In this document: one piece after another, positions 38,923-46,949 of the stretch
How the letters are laid out: every line of letters starts with the position of its first letter
Numbering within the stretch: position 1 is the stretch's first letter
Source of the DNA: Erysipelotrichaceae bacterium
GTDB taxonomy: Bacteria; Bacillota_I; Bacilli_A; Erysipelotrichales; Erysipelotrichaceae
Assembly (NCBI GenBank): GCA_051655665.1
Contig: JBOGAI010000040.1
Coordinates: forward strand, 1 to 48,056
Direction: 5' to 3'
DNA length: 48,056 nt
Notes under the pieces: model-generated
Databases searched by the model: none
The model's input: the letters and a program-made list of their open reading frames with translations, nothing else
Told to the model about the DNA's origin: nothing
Made by a program: the position numbers and the translations under genes

Positions 38923-40107
38923 ATGTTAAACTACACAATTGAACAATTAGAAGAAAATAATGGGATTTTCACTGCAAGTGAAATTTACCAACAACCCGCT
39001 ACTTGGCTGAAAACCATGCATCAAATTCGCGATATTGCGAGTGAAGTGCGTCAATTTATTGCCCAAGTAGTTGACCAAGAAGACTATGATATTATTCTTA
39101 CTGGTGCAGGAACCAGTGAGTTTGTCGGGAATGCGTTATTCAGCTACCTAAACAAGGCATGGAATTACAAAGTGAAGTCCTATGGGACCACTGACTTAGT
39201 AGCCACCCCTCTCAATTACCTATCCCCTACCAAACCTACCTTGCTTGTGAGCTTTGGACGCTCTGGAAATTCTCCAGAAAGTGTTGGCGCTGTGGATGTT
39301 GCAAATACGGTTTGTGCGAACGTTTATCATTTGTTCGTAACCTGCAACGCACAAGGAGCGTTGGCTAAAATGGCTGAAAAAGTAGACAATGCGTATGCGA
39401 TTACGCTAACAGAAGAAACACATGACCAAAGTTTCGCCATGACCTCTAGCTTTTCAAATATGATGTTGGCAACGCTGATGTGCCTATCCTTGGATCGTTT
39501 GGACGACATTGCATCGGAAGTAGAGGCCATCATTCCGGCTACTTCTGACTTGTTGGACACACGCTTTGTAGAACTTGAAGATTTGGTAAAGGAATATGAC
39601 TTCAAACGCATCGTGTACTTGGGTGCGAATACCTTAAAAGGCATTGCCCAAGAATCGGCTTTGAAAATGTTGGAGTTGACTGCTGGGGAAGTGGCAACGA
39701 TGTTTGACACACCACTTGGCTTCCGCCATGGACCGAAATCCATCATTAATGATGATACGCTCACGGTTATGTTCTTAAGTGATGATGCGTATTCTTATGG
39801 TTATGAACTCGATTTGATCAAAGAAATGAGCGCGCAGCGCAAAGGCAACAAAATTTTAGTTGTGACAAGTTTGCATAGACCAGAAGTAAAAGGTTTGGTA
39901 GACTATTACTATAGCTTTGGAAATGAGGAAAAACACAACAACATGTACTTGGGCTTCTCTTACATTGCACTTGCTCAAGTCATCGCGTTCTTTAAATCAC
40001 TTGCATTGAACATCACACCGGATAATCCTTGCCCTACTGGGGAAGTAAACCGCGTGGTTCAAGGTGTAACCCTCTACCCATTTGTAGAAGATAAGGAGAC
40101 AAAGTAA
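38923..40107 (+). CDS. agaS: AgaS-type SIS-domain galactosamine-6-phosphate deaminase/isomerase
   Basis: Strings close to E. coli AgaS: ILTGAGTSEF, TTDLVATPLNYL, LLVSFGRSGNSPESVGAV, THDQSFAMTSS, RIVYLGA...ESALKMLELTAG, GFRHGPKS, GEVNRVVQGV. GGAGG RBS. Confidence 0.9.
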   Translation: MLNYTIEQLEENNGIFTASEIYQQPATWLKTMHQIRDIASEVRQFIAQVVDQEDYDIILTGAGTSEFVGNALFSYLNKAWNYKVKSYGTTDLVATPLNYLSPTKPTLLVSFGRSGNSPESVGAVDVANTVCANVYHLFVTCNAQGALAKMAEKVDNAYAITLTEETHDQSFAMTSSFSNMMLATLMCLSLDRLDDIASEVEAIIPATSDLLDTRFVELEDLVKEYDFKRIVYLGANTLKGIAQESALKMLELTAGEVATMFDTPLGFRHGPKSIINDDTLTVMFLSDDAYSYGYELDLIKEMSAQRKGNKILVVTSLHRPEVKGLVDYYYSFGNEEKHNNMYLGFSYIALAQVIAFFKSLALNITPDNPCPTGEVNRVVQGVTLYPFVEDKETK

Positions 40108-40535
40108 TGATTGGATTAATTGTAACAGGACATGGAAATTTTGGAACAGGACTGACTAGTTCCCTACACTTGATTGGTGGCGAACAAGATGCGTACGTGG
40201 CAATTGATTTTACCCAAGAAATGTCAGTTGAAGATTTGGAAAAACGTCTGCAAGAAGCGTACAGCACTTTGGCAGAGTGCGACGGCATTTTGGTTTTGAG
40301 CGACCTTGCTGGAGGATCTCCGTTTAAAACAGCGGTATTGACGGCTATGGGAAGTGAAAAAGTACAAGTCATTGGAGGAACCAATTTGCCAATGTTGATT
40401 GAAGTATCCATGGCACGCCGTTTTGTTGAAGACCTTTCGACTTTGGTGGAAATGGCTTTGAACACCGGGAAAAGCCAAGTGGTAAAATTTGAAAACATCG
40501 TAACCGAATACGTGGAAAGCGAAGACGGAATCTAA
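40107..40535 (+). CDS. PTS mannose/sorbose-family EIIA component
   Basis: MIGLIVTGHGNF (active-site His loop) and DLAGGSPF. 142 aa. The start overlaps the agaS stop (TAATG). Confidence 0.88.
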   Translation: MIGLIVTGHGNFGTGLTSSLHLIGGEQDAYVAIDFTQEMSVEDLEKRLQEAYSTLAECDGILVLSDLAGGSPFKTAVLTAMGSEKVQVIGGTNLPMLIEVSMARRFVEDLSTLVEMALNTGKSQVVKFENIVTEYVESEDGI

Positions 40536-40558
40536 AGCAGATTCAAGAGGGGTAACAT

Positions 40559-40834
40559 ATGTGGGAGACTATTTTTTACGCTAGCATTACCTTCGGGGTA
40601 TTGCTATCCATCATGTTGATGATTTATTACGTGTACAGTGCACGTTTGGTGAAAAAGCGCCGTATGGAATTCGTAGCCTTGCATGAGTCTATGAAGGTAG
40701 GCAAATATTGCTTGTTTGCTGGTGGAATTCGAGGCCGTTTGGTACGTGTCGGCGAAGAGTATTGTGACGTTGAAGTGGCAAAAGATCAAGTGCTAACTGT
40801 ATCACGGTATGCCATCAGCAGTATTGAAGCATAA
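40559..40834 (+). CDS. YajC-like small membrane protein (PTS-operon paralogue)
   Basis: Single N-terminal TM helix, then the YajC-type core LHESMKVGKYCLFAGGIRGRLVRVGEEYCDVEVAKDQVLTVSRYAI. Confidence 0.7.
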   Translation: MWETIFYASITFGVLLSIMLMIYYVYSARLVKKRRMEFVALHESMKVGKYCLFAGGIRGRLVRVGEEYCDVEVAKDQVLTVSRYAISSIEA

Positions 40835-40860
40835 TCAAAAAATTCGATAAAAAAACTGAA

Positions 40861-40908
40861 AAAGAACCTCGCTATTTGGTCAACCAAATAATGGAGGTTC
40901 TTTTTTTT
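40861..40908. terminator. Bidirectional rho-independent terminator between yajC-like (+) and SPFH (-)
   Basis: AAAGAACCTC...TATTTGGT-caa-CCAAATA...GAGGTTCTTT, flanked by an A-run (left) and T8 (right). Confidence 0.8.
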
Positions 40909-41017
40909 GGAAATCAAACGTGTGAAGATGAAATGCAAATCCTCTTCCACTGCCTAATTGATTTGTGACCAATCAAAAAGTGAGTTCATTTCGAAATGTG
41001 GGAGTCTATTGATTGAA

Positions 41018-41998
41018 TTAGTTGATGGAACCGGAATTGACGACGGGTTGTGCGTCTTTGTTTCCACATAGTACAACGAGCAGATTGGACACCATTTGGG
41101 CCTTACGCTCTTCGTCCAAGGTGACGATTTGGTTTTCGCTTAGTTTATCCAAGGCCATTTCAACCATGGATACCGCACCCTCGACAATCATCTTCCGCGC
41201 ATCAATGATGGCAGAGGCTTGCTGACGTTGCAACATCGCAGCGGCAATTTCTGGTGCATAGGCAAGATGCGTAATGCGAGCATCGATGATTTCGAGTCCA
41301 GCGATGCGAACGCGCTCTTGCATTTCTTGTTGCAAACGCTCCGCTACTTCTTGGCTGGAACCACGCAATGATTTCTCGTCTCCGTCATCGGAGATGTCAT
41401 AAGGATAAAGGCGTACAATGTTGCGCAATGCACTGTCGCACTGAATGGATAGATATTCACGGTAATTGTCGACATTGAAGACCGCTTGGGCAGTGTTGGA
41501 CACTTTCCAGATGACGACTATGCCGATGATGATTGGATTCCCCAATAAATCGTTGACTTTTTGTTTGTCGTTGCTCAAGGTCATCGCCTTCAAGCTGATG
41601 CGACGGCTTGGAAGTTTCACTTGCGCGCTTTGAGGAGCGGTAGGAGTAGGTTCACTCAGTGTTGCGATTGGTTCTGCTCCTGGATTAAAAGCAGTGACAA
41701 ATGGGTTTACATAGAAAATGCCTGGACCTTTTAAGGTTCCATAGTAGTTTCCAAACAAGGTGAAGACGAAGGCTTCGTTCGGTTTTAAAATTTTGATTCC
41801 TGCAAACAATAGTGGAGAAATGAGTAAAAGGCAGACTAAGCTAACAACCAAAATCAATAAATTTTCATTGATGGCGGCAAAAATAATGCCAACAACAGAG
41901 AGCACACAGAGCACAATTGCGGCAATCAACGGGACCAATCCAGGGATTGCACGAATTTGCTTTTCTTCAATCACGACTTCTTTGACTTTTGTATCCAT
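41018..41998 (-). CDS. SPFH/Band 7 domain membrane protein (second paralogue, no NfeD partner)
   Basis: Two N-terminal TM helices, then KPNEAFVFTLFGNYYGTLKGPGIFYVNP, TLSNDKQKVND..GNPIIIGIVVIWKV, VRIAGLEIIDARITHLAYAPEIA. AGGAGG RBS. Confidence 0.8.
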   Translation of the reverse strand: MDTKVKEVVIEEKQIRAIPGLVPLIAAIVLCVLSVVGIIFAAINENLLILVVSLVCLLLISPLLFAGIKILKPNEAFVFTLFGNYYGTLKGPGIFYVNPFVTAFNPGAEPIATLSEPTPTAPQSAQVKLPSRRISLKAMTLSNDKQKVNDLLGNPIIIGIVVIWKVSNTAQAVFNVDNYREYLSIQCDSALRNIVRLYPYDISDDGDEKSLRGSSQEVAERLQQEMQERVRIAGLEIIDARITHLAYAPEIAAAMLQRQQASAIIDARKMIVEGAVSMVEMALDKLSENQIVTLDEERKAQMVSNLLVVLCGNKDAQPVVNSGSIN

Positions 41999-42067
41999 AA
42001 AAATACCTCCTTGATGCTTTCATGTTATCACATATTGCGTTAAAACAAAAGGCATAACAATCGAACG

Positions 42068-42091
42068 AAAAAACCATCCCGGAAGGAATGG
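42068..42091 (-). terminator. Rho-independent terminator after the AraC-family gene (minus strand)
   Basis: Minus strand: CCATTCC-ttcc-GGGATGG followed by T6. Confidence 0.65.
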
Positions 42092-43264
42092 CTAATTGTA
42101 AAGTGTTTTGGCGTAATCACTTGGTGCAATGTCAAAACGCTGTTTGAATTTTCGAGAGAAATAGTGAATGCTATTGAAGGCTAGCATGTTGGAAATCTCT
42201 GAAATGGTATATTTGCCTTGTTTGATCAATATTTTGCTTTTATTGAGCTTGAGGTCGGAGATGTACTGTTTGGGTGCAATGCCCATGTTGTTTTTAAACA
42301 ATACTTGTAAGGATGAGCGGGAGATGGAAAACTTGGTGCACAAATCTTCGATGGTCAACGGTTCGTAGATGTTGGAATTGATGAAAATGACAATCTCATT
42401 CAAAAGTTCGTTTTCAAAGTTTTGTTGTGCGGGGGAGGTAGAGTAATGTTGCACTGGCAACTCCTCGTAACACAACAACTTGGCAATGATTTCAGAGAGA
42501 TATACCAAGATCAAATTGGTCGAATGGGGTTGCACTTCATCACTGGCTTTTACAAAGTAGCGGATCGTATTGTGCAATGACTTGCGTCCTTTAAACACGC
42601 GCGATTGAAGCAATTGCGGATTGTCGATATTCATATTAAACAAGATGGTGATGTAGGAACAGGCTACATCAGGACTTGTACGCTGCGTATGAAATTGTCC
42701 GGGAGCATAAATGATGAAGTCACCGCTTTCAAGAGTGAAGTCTACGCCATCCACTTGGGTGTATAAGGTACCAACGTCAACATACGTCAATTCATAGTAC
42801 TCGTGTTTTTCCCCTGTGAATAAATAATCGGCATTGCGCACTTGATAGAAGTAGGCATAGATTTCTTCAATGGAAAACTCGGGGCGAATTTTATGATAGC
42901 TGATTTGATGATCTTGGGCCAATTTATGGGTTGAAACCTTTGATTTTTGCAAGTATACGAATTGGACAGTCACCTCGTTGGTCATCGCAATGACATTAAA
43001 ATAGACGTTTGGCCGTAATTTAACATAGCGATGAATGACGAATTGTCGGGTATCTTCCAACTTGTCGTCTTTGGATACGATTAAAGTAGCGATACCAGAG
43101 GTCACTTGAATGTAAATTTCATGGTCGGCTTTTAAGAAGTTTTCAATGTGTCGGTTATTGGTGCGGAAGGTCTCGTGGAAGAAATCGTCGATATCGTAAT
43201 TTGGTAATTCGTTCAAGACCGTTCCAAAGGTTTCAAAACTAAAGTTTGTGGTTTTGTTAAACAT
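42092..43264 (-). CDS. AraC/XylS-family transcriptional regulator with an extended N-terminal sensor region
   Basis: C-terminal double HTH (LTIEDLCTKFSISRSSLQVLFK; YTISEISNMLAFNSIHYFSRKFKQRF), a cupin-like segment (DFTLESGDFIIYAPGQFH), and ~150 extra N-terminal residues. AGGAGG RBS. Confidence 0.88.
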   Translation of the reverse strand: MFNKTTNFSFETFGTVLNELPNYDIDDFFHETFRTNNRHIENFLKADHEIYIQVTSGIATLIVSKDDKLEDTRQFVIHRYVKLRPNVYFNVIAMTNEVTVQFVYLQKSKVSTHKLAQDHQISYHKIRPEFSIEEIYAYFYQVRNADYLFTGEKHEYYELTYVDVGTLYTQVDGVDFTLESGDFIIYAPGQFHTQRTSPDVACSYITILFNMNIDNPQLLQSRVFKGRKSLHNTIRYFVKASDEVQPHSTNLILVYLSEIIAKLLCYEELPVQHYSTSPAQQNFENELLNEIVIFINSNIYEPLTIEDLCTKFSISRSSLQVLFKNNMGIAPKQYISDLKLNKSKILIKQGKYTISEISNMLAFNSIHYFSRKFKQRFDIAPSDYAKTLYN

Positions 43265-43314
43265 ACATTTATCCTCCTTGCGATTTCATTTTAGCATAGA
43301 AAATACAAAAGAAT

Positions 43315-43332
43315 ACGTAAAAAAGATAAATA
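43315..43332. repeat. Direct repeat copy 1: ACGTAAAAAAGATAAATA in the araC/EIIB divergent region
   Basis: Matches 43388-43404 apart from one extra A. Confidence 0.5.
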
Positions 43333-43387
43333 CAATGTTAAAAAATGTAATAAGAATGTGGATAATAACAAAAAGTATAAACAATCA

Positions 43388-43404
43388 ACGTAAAAAGATA
43401 AATA
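43388..43404. repeat. Direct repeat copy 2: ACGTAAAAAGATAAATA
   Basis: Lies 73 bp downstream of copy 1 and upstream of the EIIB start. Candidate regulator binding site. Confidence 0.5.
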
Positions 43405-43496
43405 AAAAAAGGTTCGTTTTTGGTAAACTATCGATGAAGGAAAAGCGTATGCGCTTACACACTTCGGGAGCAAAAATTGAAGGGAGAGAACAATTT

Positions 43497-43976
43497 ATGG
43501 CACCAAATATTGTATTAACAAGAATTGACAATCGTCTGATTCACGGACAAGTAGCAACAATGTGGTCTTCTGTCACAGGAGCAAACTTGTTGTTGGTTGC
43601 AAATGATTCGGTTGCAAACGATCAATTCCGTCAAGGATTGATGAACATGGCAGCCCCAGCATATGCACAAACGCGATATTTCACGATTGAAAAAACTTGT
43701 GCTATTATCCACAAAGCGGCGGATTCTCAAAAAATCGCAATCATTTGTGAAACCCCTCAAGACGTACTACGCCTTGTAGAAGGTGGAGTACCAATCAAAA
43801 AGGTAAATGTCGGGAACATGCACATGGCAGAAGGCAAAAAACAAGTTGCAACTTCTGTGGCTGTAGACCAAGCGGACATTGATGCGTTTTGCAAATTGCG
43901 TGATTTGGGCGTAACGATGGAAATCAAACGCGTTCCTGATACGCCGGTTGAGGACAATAGCGTCTTGTTTAAGTAA
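43497..43976 (+). CDS. PTS mannose/sorbose-family EIIB component
   Basis: MAPNIVLTRIDNRLIHGQV (phospho-His motif) after an AGGGAGAG RBS. The ORF-track start at 43248 adds 83 AT-rich codons with no RBS. Confidence 0.9.
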   Translation: MAPNIVLTRIDNRLIHGQVATMWSSVTGANLLLVANDSVANDQFRQGLMNMAAPAYAQTRYFTIEKTCAIIHKAADSQKIAIICETPQDVLRLVEGGVPIKKVNVGNMHMAEGKKQVATSVAVDQADIDAFCKLRDLGVTMEIKRVPDTPVEDNSVLFK

Positions 43977-44011
43977 ACCAAAATATATAAAGGGAAAGGA
44001 AACATTGAAAT

Positions 44012-44794
44012 ATGGAATTCAACATTTTTCAAATTTTGTTGGTAGCCGTTGCAACGTTTATTGCTGCGATTGACCAATTTAACTTCCTAGAATCACTGTA
44101 TCAACCAATCGTTATGGGACCGGTAATCGGGGCCATCTTGGGTGATTTGAATACAGGTTTGGTTGTAGGTGGTACATACCAATTGATTACAATCGGTGCG
44201 ATGCCGGTTGGGGGAGCACAACCTCCTAACGCCGTAATCGGTGGAATTATGGCTACTGTATTTGCTATCACTATGAATGTAGATCCTGAAGCTGCTGTAG
44301 GGTTAGCGGTTCCATTCGCATTGATGGGACAATACATGGTTACATTCTTGTTCACATTGATGTCAGGAGTTATGGCTCGTGCTGACAAAGCTGCTGAGAA
44401 TGCAGATCCTGCTGGAATTGCAAAAATTAACTATGGAGCAATGGCTGGTCTTGGTTTGTTGTTCACCGTTATCGTATTGATCGGGTTAATCTCTGGTCAA
44501 GCAATCGGGGAAACACTTACTACAGCGTTGCCTCAATGGGTTTGGGATGGTCTAAAAGTTGCGGGTAACATGATGCCATTCGTCGGGTTTGCAATCTTGA
44601 TGAAAGTTATGTTGTCAAAAGACTTCTACGGATTCTTCTTCGGTGGATTCGCATTGGCTGCTTATGTAAAAGCAGACTTGTTGTTCATCGCATTCTTGGG
44701 ATTCATGTTGGCTTACTGGGATTACCAAACAAACACACGTAACAAAGGTGTTAGCGTTGCAGCAAATGTAGGAGGGGACGAAGATGGCATCTAA
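44012..44794 (+). CDS. PTS mannose/sorbose-family EIIC component
   Basis: Polytopic membrane protein with LLVAVATFIAAID, GPVIGAILGD and GGAQPPN-type motifs of ManY/AgaC proteins. Confidence 0.9.
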   Translation: MEFNIFQILLVAVATFIAAIDQFNFLESLYQPIVMGPVIGAILGDLNTGLVVGGTYQLITIGAMPVGGAQPPNAVIGGIMATVFAITMNVDPEAAVGLAVPFALMGQYMVTFLFTLMSGVMARADKAAENADPAGIAKINYGAMAGLGLLFTVIVLIGLISGQAIGETLTTALPQWVWDGLKVAGNMMPFVGFAILMKVMLSKDFYGFFFGGFALAAYVKADLLFIAFLGFMLAYWDYQTNTRNKGVSVAANVGGDEDGI

Positions 44795-45614
44795 TGTAAA
44801 TCAAAACTACGTTGACCGCACTCCTGCTGCGGCACTAGATAAAAAAACACTTAATAAAATGGCTTGGCGTTCTGTATACCTTCAAGGTTCATTTAACTTT
44901 GAACGTATGCAAGCGAATGGATGGTTGTACGGGATTCTTCCTGGTTTGACAAAAATCCATACAAACAAAGAAGACTTAAGCTTGTCAATGACTCACAACT
45001 TGGAGTTCTTCAATACTCACCCATTCCTAGTAACATTCGTAATGGGGATCATCCTTTCATTGGAACAACAAAAAGCTGACGTAGCGACCATTCGTGCGGT
45101 ACGTGTTGCTGCGATGGGTCCATTGGGAGGAATCGGGGATGCAATCTTCTGGTTCACACTTGTTCCAATTGCGGCATCTGTCGGTTCAAACTTAGCACTT
45201 CAAGGTAACATCGCAGGGCCAATCGTGTTCTTGTTGATGTTCAACGTTGTACAATTTGCACTACGTTACTGGTTGATGCACTGGTCTTACAAAATGGGTA
45301 CTAGTGCAATCGGTGTTATGACTGCAAATGCAAAAGAGTTTACACGTGCTGCTACTGTCCTTGGTACATTCGTAGTTGGGGCATTGGTTGCGGCATTTGG
45401 TAAAGTAAATGTAATCTTGACATACCAAATCGGGGAATCTACTCTAGAAATGGGTAAAATCATCGATGGAATTATGCCTCGCTTGCTGCCAATGGGATTG
45501 GTATTCTTACTATTCTGGTTGATCAAATCAAAAGGTTGGTCTCCTGTAAGATGTATCTTGTTACTATTGGTAATTGGTTTGGCTGGTGCGTTCTTCGGAA
45601 TCTTAGGAGCATAA
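44784..45614 (+). CDS. PTS mannose/sorbose-family EIID component
   Basis: KKTLNKMAWRSVYLQGSFNFERMQANGW, FNTHPF, and GPLGGIGDAIFW, typical of ManZ/AgaD. Confidence 0.9.
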   Translation: MASNVNQNYVDRTPAAALDKKTLNKMAWRSVYLQGSFNFERMQANGWLYGILPGLTKIHTNKEDLSLSMTHNLEFFNTHPFLVTFVMGIILSLEQQKADVATIRAVRVAAMGPLGGIGDAIFWFTLVPIAASVGSNLALQGNIAGPIVFLLMFNVVQFALRYWLMHWSYKMGTSAIGVMTANAKEFTRAATVLGTFVVGALVAAFGKVNVILTYQIGESTLEMGKIIDGIMPRLLPMGLVFLLFWLIKSKGWSPVRCILLLLVIGLAGAFFGILGA

Positions 45615-45653
45615 GCAAACTGCATATAAAATTCTCTCAACTTCAAAAGGATT

Positions 45654-45679
45654 AAGGTGTTCGAAAGAGCACCTTTTTT
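45654..45679 (+). terminator. Rho-independent terminator after EIID
   Basis: AAGGTGTTC-gaaa-GAGCACCTT followed by a T run. Confidence 0.8.
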
Positions 45680-45747
45680 CTTATCCGAAAATGTGAAAAA
45701 GCACGCAAAAACATTGGAAAATCCTATGAAAGTTATTTTATTCACAT

Positions 45748-45776
45748 TTGACAATTGGGAAGGTCAATTATATAAT
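45748..45776 (+). promoter_or_regulatory. Consensus sigma-A promoter of gap (TTGACA-N17-TATAAT)
   Basis: Both hexamers are perfect with a 17-nt spacer, 28 nt upstream of the ATG at 45804. Confidence 0.85.
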
Positions 45777-45803
45777 AGCTATGTTAAAAGGAGGACTTTG
45801 AAT

Positions 45804-46811
45804 ATGACAGTAAAAGTTGCTATTAATGGATTTGGACGTATTGGTCGTTTGGCATTCCGTCAAATGTTTGACTCTCCAGAATTCGATATCGTTGCGATCA
45901 ACGACTTGACTAACGCGAAAACGTTGGCTCACTTATTGAAATACGATTCTGCACAAGGAACTTGGAGAGCGGATCACATTACTGCTGGTGAATCTTCAAT
46001 CATCGTTGATGGAAAAGAAATCAAAATTTACTCTGAGAAAAACCCTGCTGATTTGCCATGGGCTGCACTTGATGTAGACGTAGTAATCGAATCAACTGGT
46101 TTCTTCACAGCAAAAGAAAAAGCGGAAGCACACATCACTGCTGGTGCGAAAAAAGTTATCATCTCTGCTCCAGCTACTGGTGATTTGAAAACAATCGTGT
46201 TCAACACGAACCACGATACACTTGATGGAAGCGAAACAATCATCTCTGCTGCATCTTGTACAACAAACTGCTTGGCTCCTATGGCAAAAGCATTGCAAGA
46301 CTACTTCGGTATCGAATACGGTATGATGACTACAATTCACGCGTACACAAATGACCAAAACACTTTGGATGGTCCTCATGCAAAAGGTGACTTGCGTCGT
46401 GGACGTGCAGCTGCTGCATCAATCATCCCTAACTCAACTGGTGCTGCAAAAGCAATCGGTTTGGTAATTCCTGAATTGAAAGGGAAATTGGATGGTGGAG
46501 CACAACGTGTTCCTGTAATCACAGGTTCTGCTACTGAATTGACAGTAATCTTGTCTAAAACAGTTACAGTTGAAGAAGTTAACGCTGCAATGAAAGCTGC
46601 TGCTAACGAAAGCTTCGGTTACACTGAAGATGAATTGGTATCTGCTGACGTAATCGGAATCAAATACGGATCATTGTTCGATGCAACTCAAACGAAAATC
46701 GTTTCTGTTGGAGACAAACAAATGGTTAAAACAGTTGCTTGGTACGACAACGAAATGTCTTACGTAAGCCAAATGGTACGTACTGCAAAATTCTTAGTTT
46801 CTAAAATGTAA
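45804..46811 (+). CDS. gap: Glyceraldehyde-3-phosphate dehydrogenase (type I)
   Basis: INGFGRIGR, active site [25 protein letters not shown]. The ORF-track start at 45657 spans the terminator and promoter, so I rejected it. Confidence 0.97.
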   Translation: MTVKVAINGFGRIGRLAFRQMFDSPEFDIVAINDLTNAKTLAHLLKYDSAQGTWRADHITAGESSIIVDGKEIKIYSEKNPADLPWAALDVDVVIESTGFFTAKEKAEAHITAGAKKVIISAPATGDLKTIVFNTNHDTLDGSETIISAASCTTNCLAPMAKALQDYFGIEYGMMTTIHAYTNDQNTLDGPHAKGDLRRGRAAAASIIPNSTGAAKAIGLVIPELKGKLDGGAQRVPVITGSATELTVILSKTVTVEEVNAAMKAAANESFGYTEDELVSADVIGIKYGSLFDATQTKIVSVGDKQMVKTVAWYDNEMSYVSQMVRTAKFLVSKM

Positions 46812-46819
46812 GAACAAAG

Positions 46820-46845
46820 AGATCGACGAGAGTCGGTCTTTTTTT
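46820..46845 (+). terminator. Rho-independent terminator after gap
   Basis: AGATCGAC-gaga-GTCGGTCT followed by T6. Confidence 0.8.
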
Positions 46846-46863
46846 ATATTCTAGCCAATTTGG

Positions 46864-46892
46864 TTGTACAAGATGGGCAATTACGTTACAAT
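46864..46892 (+). promoter_or_regulatory. Putative sigma-A promoter of cysS (TTGTAC-N17-TACAAT)
   Basis: Hexamers with optimal spacing, 57 nt upstream of the ATG at 46950. Confidence 0.6.
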
Positions 46893-46949
46893 GATTATAA
46901 ACATTTTGTGAGCGTTTTTTCGCGCTTACACTGATTATGGAGGTAAAGA

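Noticed and set aside
43446-43459. cre-like site CGTATGCGCTTACA upstream of EIIB
   Set aside because: The right half fits the CcpA cre consensus (CGNTNWCA), but the left half has two mismatches at conserved positions (T1, A5). It is too weak to call without binding data, so I only mention it within the control-region finding.
43248-43496. 83-codon N-terminal extension of the EIIB ORF in the ORF track
   Set aside because: The extension runs through the AT-rich divergent promoter region, overlaps the araC start and has no RBS. The conserved EIIB N-terminus MAPNIVLTRIDNRLIHGQ begins at 43497, right after AGGGAGAG.
45657-45803. 49-codon N-terminal extension of gap in the ORF track
   Set aside because: The extension starts inside the EIID terminator hairpin and contains the consensus gap promoter. 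The GAPDH N-terminus [15 protein letters not shown] starts at 45804, after AAAGGAGG.
46812-46949. Possible T-box leader upstream of cysS
   Set aside because: Only 138 nt are available, and they are occupied by the gap terminator and a promoter. I saw no T-box sequence (AGAGA/GNUGGNA-type) and no specifier/antiterminator architecture.
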